The notes below the pieces were generated by a model, which searched no databases, was not told the DNA's origin, and saw nothing but the letters and a program-made list of their open reading frames with translations. From positions 8,185,875-8,249,874 of the forward strand of contig OZ316891.1 in the NCBI GenBank assembly GCA_973895155.1: a DNA stretch of 64,000 bases, in the 5' to 3' direction. A program made the translations under genes and the position numbers. Origin of the DNA: Marsupella aquatica. Taxonomy: Eukaryota; Plantae; Marchantiophyta. How positions within the stretch are numbered: the stretch's first letter is position 1; the number at the start of each line of letters is the position of its first letter. Of the stretch, positions 14,479 to 25,153 are shown in pieces.

Positions 14479-16375
14479 TTACTCCTCCTCCTCATCCTCA
14501 GGGTCCTCCTCCTCCCCCTGGTCATCAACGTGTGCTGATGACACACGACTACCACCACTACCACGGTGGGAAGAACCTACCTCACGACTACTCCCCCCCC
14601 GAGCACCACTAGTACCAGGAGTAGCCCCCTCATCGTCATCACTACTGGTCACATCAGCACCCGACCCCTCAGGCTCATCCGAATCCTGCATCCATTACAT
14701 ATCATTAGTTTCCGCAAGACATAAAGGGTCACTCACAATGTTCGCATGCTAATCATATGGTTCACACTTAGACACTTACAGTAGCCAACTCGGCATCTAC
14801 CATCGCAAAGAGGTACTTTCGTCCATGCTCTATCGCCACCTCAATATGCTTTTTTGATATCTTCCTTTTGTACCTCCGATACTGCCATGCATAAAACCAA
14901 TTAAAATTGGTTAAATTTGCCCTTAAGCATACCCTATAGCCACAAGTGACGCCTAAATCCTCAACTACTAAACATGACCCAAAAAAATTTTAAAATTCAA
15001 ATTTGCGAACCTATAAGCATAGCAACTTGCGAACCACCTTTTTTTGCGAAGGTGTTGCGATGGAGTTTGCGATGCGCATTTGTTCGCAAAGGCATCGGAA
15101 AATTGAAATGGAAAAAGTCTATGATAGACTTTGCGAGGGGTTTGCGAACAAATACGCATCGCAACACCTTCGCAAACTGTGTTCCCGAGAGTTTTTAAAA
15201 ATTTGCCAGAAATTCTAAGTGTCAGAGTTGCCCTAAACTAGTAACCAAGCAAGCATGCACAACAGCAAGAACCTTCGGGGATGTCATTCACTTGCATTGC
15301 ACAACTCTGAAAGGAATAGAGAGGTTAGGGAGGAGCAAGAGGCACTCACAAAGTGTGACTTGAGGCCGGGGAGCCCGCCTTGACCCAACTTGTGGACTGG
15401 ATTGGGGGTGGATTTCACTCGTTTGGCTGCATCTGTGAAACGCTTGGGTGGCTTTCCCTCCTGGTCGGCCACCTTCTGCATCTCAGCTACCTTCTGCTCA
15501 AGTGGCTTCAGGTCGTGGTCAGGGGGGAGCTTCCCGGCCTCCTTTGCTTTCAAGGCTCGATCTAGATTGCCCTTCCACTCTTCCAACTCGTGAGCTGCCT
15601 TAATTTGCACCTCAATCTTGTAAAACGAATTCCAGATGTCCTCGGTGAAGTGGAGGGGTCTGCGCAAGTTCCTGTATGATCTCAAGTCTTTCAGGTGGGC
15701 TCTAATCTTCATCCTGTCATGGTATCGCATTTGAGACATAGAATTTGAAATCTTATCTGCCAACCATTGCTCATCTATGTCAGGCCCATTGCGAAATGCA
15801 TCCTTGATTTGGTTGATGACCCTCTTTCGCTCTGCCTTCTCAATCTTCCCCCACTGCATGCCTCATGAGAAATTGCTTGTGATAATTTGCTTGATTGTGC
15901 TCTTAGCCCCTGCATATGCTAGCTCAGTTGGAGTCCCACTCGTCTCCAAGGCAATGAATGGAAGTTTTTTTCTTGCTTCCTCTTTCTGACGTTGCTCCTC
16001 CCTCTGTTTTCGAATTGAATCTCTCTCCTCTCTTCTCTTCTGCTTCTCTAGGGCTTGAGGAGAGGCAACTCCCGACTTAGTTCTTTCCTCTCTCTTCCTT
16101 TTTTTCTCTCTAGTCTTCTCTTCAGCTGCGGCCCTCTCCTCCCCCTCTCTAGTAGCTTGTCCTGCTACAATCCCAGTTTGCAAAACCTGTCCAAGAATGG
16201 CACTCAAAGAGGCAAGCCCTGCTGGAGAATTGAGATTCACTTCTCCCAATTGTGCAACACTGAGATGTTGGGCCACTAAGTCTGCCCAGGCATTCTTCTC
16301 TTTCTCTGGATTTCCCCCATTGCCACTACCACTACCACTACCACCTTGCCCTCCACTCCCCTCACCGGTAGCCAT
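14479..16375 (-). pseudogene. CACTA accessory (TnpA/Ptta-like) gene; predicted exons 16375-15350, 14881-14780 and 14685-14479; one in-frame TGA at 15863-15865
   Basis: Two in-frame ORFs separated by a single stop; charged coiled-coil segment; RPLHFTEDIW...HKLGQGG resembles the Ptta/En/Spm (Transposase_24) signature; phase-0 GT-AG junctions; acidic C-terminal tail. Confidence 0.6.
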
Positions 16376-16789
16376 AGCTCCCCTCTCTCACAGTCTCCCT
16401 CGTACTGTTGCGCGCGCCCCGGCCCTTCTCGTCTCGCTCAAAAACTGAAATGAGCCCAAATGCGAGCTCCCGCCAATGTTTACACCGTTCAAAAACGGGT
16501 TTGCGATGACATACACATGGGAAACTGCAAAGTCCGCGCCCTCGCAAATAGTCTCGCAACTTGCGAGGCACTTCCGAATCTATTCCCTTCGCAAAGCCAT
16601 CGCAACCCGCAGAAGACCCAAAAAATTGTTCTCGGCCTCTGTTTTTGCGAAGCAAGTGCGAAGGTCGTAGGTTCGCAAAAATATTCTCTAACTTGTGAAA
16701 TAATTTGCGAGGCAGGTCTTATCGGTTTAGGGTTGGAAAACACTTTGGGGTGTCAAACGGCTATTAAGGTTTGTCAAACGACATTTAAG

Positions 16790-17665
16790 GTATGTTAAGT
16801 GCCCATAAGTTAACATGGAAGGGGTGTCAATGGATGTTTGGGTTGTAAGGATAACTAGAATATAAGTTAACAAAGGTTTGGGTTTAATTAAAGGTTAGGT
16901 TTATATTTGGTTTTAATCTAGGAGTATTTGGTTTAATTAAGGGGGTTAAAACTTGGGTTAGGTTGGAATAAAAGGGTTGGGTTTAAATTAATGGGTTTGG
17001 CTTAGGGTTCAAGGTAGAGGTTTGCATTAGGTTGTGAGTAATTACAGGGGTTGGGTTTGGTTTTAGTTGAGGGGTTGAATTGTGGTTGTTTTTTAAAGGG
17101 ATTGGGTTTGGTTTTTAGTTGGGGGGTTTAATTGTGGTTTTTTTAAAGGGGTTGGGTTTCTAATGTAAGTGTTTGGGTTGGGGTGTAACATGATATAGGG
17201 TTGGATTTGGTTCTAATTGAGGGGGTACAATTTTTGCTTAAGTTTTAAAAAAGGGCCTCAATTTAGGGGTTAGGGTGAAGTTTAGAATAACTATAGGGGT
17301 GGAGGTTGGCCTATATAGGTAAAGTAAGGTGTAGATAGGGTAAGAGTTTTATATGTAATTGGGGGATTTGGGTTGGGTTTAGGGTAAAGGTTTGAAATTT
17401 TAATGAGGGATTTGGGTATTGGTTAGGATAAGGGTAAGGGTTTAGGGTGCTTGAGGGATTTGGGTTAGGTTTTAATGAAGGGTTTCATTTCATGGTTTGG
17501 GTTTAGGGTAGGGGTTTGGGTTTAGGGTAAAGGTTTGAATTTTTAATGAGGGATTTGGGTATTGGTTAGGATAAGGGTAAGGGTTTAGGGTGATTGAGGG
17601 ATTTGGGTTAGGTTTTAATGAAGGGTTTCATTTCATGGTTTGGGTTTAGGGTAGGGTTTGGGTTA
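16790..17665. repeat. G/T-rich, telomere-like (TTTAGGG/GGTTTGGG) low-complexity tract with a 143-bp tandem duplication (about 17375-17665)
   Basis: The plus strand is strongly C-depleted, with many GGTTTAGGG units. AGGGTAAAGG recurs at 17381 and 17524. Confidence 0.85.
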
Positions 17666-18096
17666 CTTATATTTATTTGTCTATCTCATTAACATGGAGA
17701 GGAAAACTCTTTGGCGTTGTAGGGCACTTCCCCATGTTTTTTAAAGTTTTGGCTAATGCATGATAATGCCTTGCGAGAGCCCGGGCATCTGAAAGGTATA
17801 ACATTTTCTCATGCATTTCTAGTCATTGCTGTAAATATGGAGGGTTACAATCTATCATCCTTTTTTTCTGGTTCACCATAAGGCATGGCTTAATTCATTG
17901 TATATTGGCAGATTTTCCCCTCCTTCCAGATTTGGTTCATGAAATTTGAGCCACAAGATCCGTCAAGGCATTGCTAAGCCTGGGTCTCATAAAGGTATTT
18001 TTCTGTCAATTCTTTTTAATATGTTTAGGTAGGGATTATCAATGATGGTTTTGGTGAAGTTTTTACTAATCGCCTTCCAATTGCTATACTTGTCAG

Positions 18097-18330
18097 ATGT
18101 CTTCATCCTCTACAACTTCCACCACATCAGATTCCTCTTCCGATGAAGAAAGTCATCCTCCTCCTCAACCTGAACCAACCGTACGTCGACCTAGTGGTCC
18201 ACCACGCCAACTTTGTGGTTGTAAAAAATGTGTGGGGATGGTTGTCCAAAAGTCATATGTATGTGCGGAGCACATTGCTCGATATGGCCAACATCGAGGT
18301 CTTACACCGGGAGCTTCTTCATCCCGTATG
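18097..18330 (+). CDS. CACTA first coding exon: Ser-rich leader plus transposase-associated Cys/His domain
   Basis: ATG follows an AG acceptor; CGCKKC...C..HIARYG resembles the En/Spm transposase-associated domain; phase-0 donor ATG|GTGAGT at 18331. Confidence 0.7.
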
Positions 18331-18442
18331 GTGAGTTGTAAACTTACTGTGATTTCCATTTTATTTTGTAAATCTTGCTAGGTAGCATAAAATAAAATTT
18401 GGGAGGTTCATCACACTCACTTGGTTCCATTTCTTCCTATAG

Positions 18443-19257
18443 GTATCCAGTAGGCCTACACCCACTACACCAACACCCTATGTTCCCTCACAAGGAGTTC
18501 TAGATGCTATAGGCTCGGCACTTTCACAAGCTTTTCGTTTAGTGGCAGCAGGGCAAGGTAGTGTTGGGACAATTAAGGGTGACGGTATTGTTACAAGAGG
18601 GAAAAAAAGTCAAAAAGACAGCCTAGAGGGGAAGTGGATCAGTACACTTGTAGGGTTGATGGTAGATGGGGCCCTTGTACCTTCACAGGGAAGTGTGTTC
18701 CTATCATAAAGGATTGGAATCCGGAGTGCCTTGGTTTGCCATGTGATATAACCTATGGTGAGGAGATAGAAGTTTGGGGAAGACGTTGGGTTGTCAAGAG
18801 TTCGACCCTAGGGGAGAGGCATGGGTATGGGATTTTCTCTTGTCAGGACATTATTGTGGATGATATGGGTGGAAAAGGGCGCTCTTCAGATGGACCAACG
18901 TTGTTCCCGTATGGTGGACCCATTTACAAGAGGAGACATTTGAACATGATCCTTGTTCAACACCCTGAGTGGAAGACTTATGCATTGGACATGGATACTT
19001 TTGATGGTTGCACCAGAAAGTATTGTGACCAGCGTATAATTGATGGTGATCCCATCCGTAGTGGGAATATTGCCGGTTTCATCAACAGTACTGTGGGGAC
19101 CCGGCCTAAGCGTAGGAAAAACTGTGAATGGGTTTTTGTTGATGGTCCCCCTCCAGCCCCTTATGGGCAGAGATATCATCATGACCATTGTCTAGTTGTA
19201 GCTAATAGGACCATTCTGGTTGGAGAGGAGTTGTTTACACATTATGAATGGGATTAG
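18443..19257 (+). CDS. SET-domain (lysine methyltransferase-like) exon inside the CACTA; -1 frame offset at the A7 run 18602-18608
   Basis: ORF 18634-19257 has the four SET motifs in order: VKSSTL..HGYGIFS.QDI, PYGG, IDG...GNIAGFINST...NC, and VVANRTILVGEELFTHY. Phase-0 acceptor TTCCTATAG| at 18442. Confidence 0.8.
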
Positions 19258-19407
19258 GATTACTTTAGGGACATGTATTATACGTTCATCGTATGTGAAC
19301 GTATGTTTTGTAATGACATGTTCTTTTTATATTGTTAATAATATGTTTCGAGCACTACTATATTTGGCGTTAATTTCATTGTGAATACTTTATTGTATTT
19401 TCTATAG

Positions 19408-22400
19408 AATGTGCGGCCTAGTCAAGATATATTGCCAAGGAGGTTGAGAGCTACATATCAAGAAATGGGCTTGCCACAAGACGGGGAAACATCATCAGCA
19501 GATTCCTCATCAAGTGACAATGATAATGACAGTCCAGATGAAGGGGCACCTCGGACAGATTATGAGGTCATGCAAGACCAAGAGTCAGCCATGGATGACT
19601 TCATGACAGATTGGTTTGGTGTAGACATTGGTGGTGAAGGAGGTGTCCCACCCAATGAAGGAGACCCTCCACCAAATGTTGCACATGATCCAAGCCTCAA
19701 CGTACACCTGAAGGACAAAAACAATGGGAAGAAGCTGAGGCACATGCTAGAACACCTATTTATGGGGGTGCTCGTTTGAATAGACTATCTGCCATCTTGG
19801 CATTGATGAATCTTCAGGCAAAACACAAGGCAAGCAATGCGCTACTATCGGATTTGTTTGCAATTTGCCATGATCTCTTGTTACCTAGTGAAAATGTGTT
19901 GCCAGGAACTTGGAAGGAGGCAAAGAGGGTTCTATCATCCATTGGCATGGAATACCATATCATTCATGCTTGTGTGAATGACTGCATTCTCTATCATGAG
20001 ACCAATGTCAGCGCAACTGAGTGTCCAATTTGTCAAGAGCCTCGATATGAAACCAACATGTTGACCTCAAAGGTGCCTAGAAAAGCTGTTCGTTGGTTTC
20101 CTATTATTCCTCGATTGTTGCACATGTACCGATGTTCTGACTTGGCAGAATTGATGGTATGGCATAAGACACATCGATCAGAGGCCGGTGTCATGCGGTT
20201 GCCAGTTGATTCCCCTGCTCACAAGCATGTGGAGTCACAATGGCCAGAATTTGCACGTGACCCTCGTCATGTGAGGTTGGGGTTGGCATCAGATGGGGTA
20301 AGCCCACACTCCCTTGGAGGGAAAGGGCGCCCTACTTCGGTTTGGCCGGTGGTTGTTATGAATTACAACCTTCCCCCATGGTTGTCCATGAAAAAGGGAT
20401 TCTTATTGCTATCATTGATTATCCCAGGTCCATCTAAGGTAAAAAACATGGACACCTACTTGGCGCTCTTGGTTGGGGAACTCCATAAATTATGGGGGGG
20501 TGTATGGGCATATGATGGTCGGACAACTACAGGAGGGTTACCACGTGTCTTCCAATTGAAGGGAATCATTATGTGGACCATGCATGACTATCCAAGTGAG
20601 TGGTATGGATTTGTATTTTTTTCATGTATTGGAGATCAAGTTTGTTTGGAAGGAAGTCCCTCTTTAATTCTATGTACATGAACTTTTCAATTCCTTTGAC
20701 TCTAATTGAGAATGTTATTTTGTGAGCAGGGTTTGGGTTTGTTTCTGGGTTCCAAACTCAAGGGTACAAGACATGCTCCACTTGTGGTCCAAGCCTTCAC
20801 GATATGGCCAAGTACTCAAAATGGCTGCACAAGATAATCTACCTTGGTCATACCAAGTTTCTTCCACTTGGGCATCACATGAGGTCTGACCCCCTTTTGT
20901 TTTCAGACTTTGACATGATCAATGGTGATGAGCGTGAGATACCTAACCGCACAACATTTTCGTATTGGAAGTCCATAGCTGATAGGGTGGCAGACCCTGA
21001 AGATGCCATGGGATTTGATGGTAGTGGATTGACAAGGTGGGGTATACTGGCCACTTTGCCCTATTGGCCTGAGTTGAAGATTCATCACTTGTTAGACCCC
21101 ATGCATATAGAGGGAAATGTTGGGAAGGCTTTGATCAAGCACTTTTATGGGGAAAAGAACATTAATTTTAGGGAGGCATGCCAGGATCTAGAACGACATC
21201 CAGATGTATGGATAACAGTTGATGAATCCACAGGGATGGAACATCGTCCTTCAGCTCCATGGGTTTTGAGTGTTGGTGAAAGAAGAGAGTTTCGACAACG
21301 CATAGGGCAGATGCGGTTTCCTACAGGCTATGGTGCCAATCTACGTAAGGCTTTTGGGATGGAGGACAGTCATAAATGGCCAATGTATCTCAAGACACAT
21401 GACTATCATCGTTTACTACAACATATACTTCCTATGGCAATCATAGGTTTGGGGAGTGAAGAAGTGCAAGACGCCCTTTGGTCACTGGGCACTTTGTTGA
21501 GATGGATATGCTCAAAGAAAATATATGAAGAAGAGATACCATGGATGGAGGTATTGGCAGTAGAGGTGGTATGCAAGTTGGAGAAGGCCCTCCCTCCTTC
21601 CTTCTTTGATTGTCAGGTGCATCTTCTCGTTCATCTTGTGAGGGAGGTTGCCATTGCCGGTCCGGTGCATTGTAGGTGGATGTATTGGCTGGAAAGGTAT
21701 ATGGCCGTGTTAAAGGCTTATGTACGGAACCGTGCACGAGTGGAGGGGAGCATGGCAACTGGATACTTGGCAGCTGAGAGTATGTTTTATTGTAGTAACA
21801 TCTTAGCTACCATTGATCCTAGTTTTCCACGCACTTGGATGGAAGAGAGGGAAGTGGAGGAGGACCGTTTAACAGGTGCAAAAAAAACACGCTTACTAAC
21901 CGCAGTGGAGTTGACACAGGTTAGTACTTTCATGTTGAGTAACAGCAATGTGATGGAAGATTGGAGAGAGTTTTATGAGGATGCAAAGAGGGAGAGTCGT
22001 CGCCCAAGGATCTTTCCAAAGTTCCTTGAGTATATGAAGGAGAAAGTACTTCAGTTGGATGCTATGGTGGCCCAAGGTGAGAATGTATCACATTTTCCAG
22101 ATATGACTCCTGAGGTTCGAACAATTGTTCATGGTCCTTTAAGACTTGTTCAAACCAAAACAGCAATGTGGACACAAGGGAGGCATTTCAGGATTTCTGA
22201 CCTTGATGAGAAGAGGGGAAGAACTTTTGATTGTGGAGTTCAAGGGCAGTTTATGCAAGATTCACAAAGTAGCCGTCATGACACTAATGTGATCAGAGAT
22301 GTGGTGCCTCACTATGGGAAGATTGAGGAGATCTTGATCATATCCTATGATGCCGATTCCAAATTTGAAGAGTATGTCTTCAAGTGTAAGTGGTTCAAAA

Positions 22401-22675
22401 TTCACCTGGTTGGTGATAATCGCACGGTACTTCTTGATGAGTGTGGGTTTACTCGACTGAAGACATCAGCAACTAGCTTTCAACCATCTCATTGGCAAAT
22501 ATCTGAACCATTTACATTCCCAAGTCACCTTGAGCAGTGTTTCTATATTCCGTACCCACTAGACCTAGAGTGGTCAGTTGTTATACCGTATGTGCCACGG
22601 TCCCGTTCCATTATCTCGGAAAAACCTGACGTTATTATTGTGTCAAATGGAGGCAAGGATGAGGACCAGGTTTGA
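19408..22675 (+). pseudogene. CACTA Tnp2/TnpD-type transposase; exons 19408-20595 and 20730-22675; frameshift near 19690
   Basis: Motifs IHACVNDCILY, CPICQEPRY, RHVRLGLASDG, YNLPPWL, WTMHDYP, LDPMHIEGNV, LKTHDYH, PPSFFD, RWMYWLER and FKCKWF; GT-AG intron 20596-20729 restores DYP-xFG...CSTC. Confidence 0.92.
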
Positions 22676-24184
22676 TGCACTAGTAGTAAAACTTGTTGTG
22701 GGCCCAGAATTTGACCCTAAACTAACTATCATGGTTTTATTTATATTAACATATTACTTTTCTTCTTTTGTTTTACAAACACTTAATTGGACTTTGAAAT
22801 TTCATCTCACTGTTATATATGCAACCTTAGCCGTTTCCAAAGCTATCCTCATGCATGCCACCTTTTTGAAAACCCTAGCTGTAACCTAAACACATGCATT
22901 CTCCATCTTGTAAAGAAACTCTCTCAAACATTTCCATTCTACAAAATTTTCAAACAACTCTCTTTGCAAAACATTTTCAAGCTTGTCAAGAAGCAACTTC
23001 TGAACACTTTGTGAATAACACACCATCGGTAATTGTGATGCCAATGTGTTCTCAACTTTGCGAATCAACTGGATTCGGTAACTTGCGACTATTTATGCTT
23101 CACAATATTGTGCGAAGCTAATAGGTTCACAATATATATTTGAGTACATTATTATCGCTAAATTATGAAACAAAAGAGATCCAAATGCAGTCGCGATGGT
23201 CGCGGATCCACAAATACTTTGCGAGATGAATAGTATCTGAAAGAGTTACGAATTCAATCCGATCTCAAACAAATTGCGAGGTATTTAGCTTCGCAACACC
23301 ATGTTGCGAACCTGTGAGCATGGTTTATTGTGATGCGTGTTTGATCACAAAATATCTTAAGTCGATGACATCGCAAGACCATCCTGGCGTCAAAAAAAGC
23401 TTCGCAAAAGGGGCCAATATGTAGTAGTGAATGCAAACTATGATAAAATTGTCGCATGTTTGTTGAAATCCTGAATCTAACCAAGGAATGCAGACTACGA
23501 TAGTTTTATCGCATGTTTGCTGGAATCCTAAATCCAACAGAGGAATGCGGATTGTGATAAATTTATCGCATGTTCACTGAAATCCTCTCACATTGATAAT
23601 GAATGAATAACAAACCTTACATAATTGATAATACTCAAACCGGAATGCAAGTTCCGATAAATTTATCGGGTTTTTGAGAGAAAGATTCAAATCTCCTTAT
23701 AGGAATGTAAGACTTGATAGGAGTTTGGTATTTTCTTTAAGACAAATGTTGTTTGATCTGACGATCAAACTAAACTTTTATGGCCATCTCACTCCTCCTT
23801 ATATAGGGAATGCTCTAACCATGGTTACTATTTCCCACAAACCATTTTTGAAAGTTACAAATCTAAAACCCAATGCACGTATCGCTGCCTAAATTCTTGC
23901 GATGATGCAATGTCCAGAACTGATGTTTTTTTGATTTGACATCCATTTTATTGGAGTTTGCATTGCCTTAGAAAAAAATAGAGTCGGGCTAAACGAGAAG
24001 TGTGTCACACTTCTTGGTCGGTCCGAAATTGTGTTGCCATGAGGATGCAATAAGTTTATTGCACTTTGCATTCACCTAGAAGACATGACCCCATCAAACA
24101 CCTAAGCCCTGAATCCATCATAGGAATGCGCGCTCTGATAATTTTAGCGGATGTACTTTGAACTATCTGACTTCAATCCATTAA

Positions 24185-24497
24185 AGGAATGAAGACTCCG
24201 ATAAAATTATTGGAGTCTCAAATAATCTTCAATCAATCACAGGAATGGAGACTCCGATAAATTTATCGGAGTCTCAAATAATCTTCAATCCTTTAGATGA
24301 ATGAAGACTCCAATAAATTTATCGGAGTCTCAAATAATCCTTAATCCATTACATGAATGGAGGCTCCGATAAATTTATCAGAGTCTCAACTAATCCTCAA
24401 TCCGTCAAAGGAATGAAGACTCCGATAAATTTATCGGAGTCTCAAATAATCCTTAATCCGTCAAAGGAATGAAAACTCCGATAAATTTATCGGACCT
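24185..24497. repeat. About 59-bp tandem repeat, 5-6 copies, each with a palindromic core
   Basis: Perfect 28-bp palindrome GAGACTCCGATAAATTTATCGGAGTCTC at 24248-24275; variants occur in neighbouring units. Confidence 0.85.
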
Positions 24498-25153
24498 TGA
24501 ATATAGTCTATGGAATGAATGCTCATTCCTATAATTCTATTTGATGTTCTTCAAACATATTCAATTCTTCGAAATAATGTAACTGAGGAATGCAGAATGC
24601 GATAAATTTATCGCAATCCGCTCGGGTCAGGACATTGACACCAAATGACAAGTCAACATTACATAGATGTTACTCAAACTGGAATGGTAGTTCCGATAAA
24701 TTTATCGGGTTCTCTAGAGAAAGAGTCAAGTCTCTTGTGAGGAATGTAAGACTTGATAGGAGTCCAGCATTCACTCTGAGTGAGGTGTTGTTTGCTCCGG
24801 CAAAAATAAACTTTTCATGGGCAGCCCGCTCCTCTTTATATAGGGGATGCTCTAACCATGGTTACTTTTTCTATTAACCATGGTTACATTTGCACTAACC
24901 CGGGTTAGTGCATGGTCGACCCTCGATTACGTGGTTCGGACCAATTTACTCGTAGTTTGGACTTTTTCACAGACCGAATGTAAAACCCGATGCACGTATC
25001 GCTCCCTGCATTCCCGCGGCGATGCAATGGAGGAAAGTGGCGTTTCAGAGAGTTTTTGCCAGTTTTATCGGTCATTGCATTGCCTTAGAAAAAAAATGGG
25101 ATTGGGCTAAACGAGAACTCCGACACACTTCTCGGTCGGTCCGAAATCGTGTT

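Larger units (their letters stand above)
13544..23429 (+). mobile_element. Complete CACTA (En/Spm) DNA transposon carrying a SET-domain exon
   Basis: Left end CACTACAACACTATCGGCCGGTTTTGCGAAG; right end reverse complement CACTACTACATATTGGCCCCTTTTGCGAAG; 3-bp TSD AAT (13541-13543 and 23430-23432); dense TCGCAA/TTGCGA subterminal motifs; Tnp2-type transposase inside. Confidence 0.93.
9904..25153. mobile_element. Unclassified non-autonomous TIR DNA element (about 5.4 kb of its own sequence) inserted in copia-1 pol; host of the CACTA
   Basis: 25-bp TIRs AACACGATTTCGGACCGA(A/C)CGAGAA with 1 mismatch; GAAT duplicated at 9900-9903 and 25154-25157; removing it restores the copia reading NVRHI-PEMCKNLIS; many CGATAAATTTATCG palindromes inside. 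Confidence 0.85.

Noticed and set aside
14738-14749. 12-nt micro-exon candidate in the CACTA accessory gene
   Set aside because: It would require an intron of about 31 nt, which is implausibly short.
24185-24497. Regularly spaced palindromic repeats resembling a CRISPR array
   Set aside because: The intervening sequences are themselves near-identical rather than unique spacers, no cas genes are present, and the context is a eukaryotic TE.
9904-25153. Treating the whole 15-kb insert as one CACTA with CACGA ends
   Set aside because: True CACTA...TAGTG termini with an AAT TSD lie at 13544 and 23429, within tandem repeats of the outer element.
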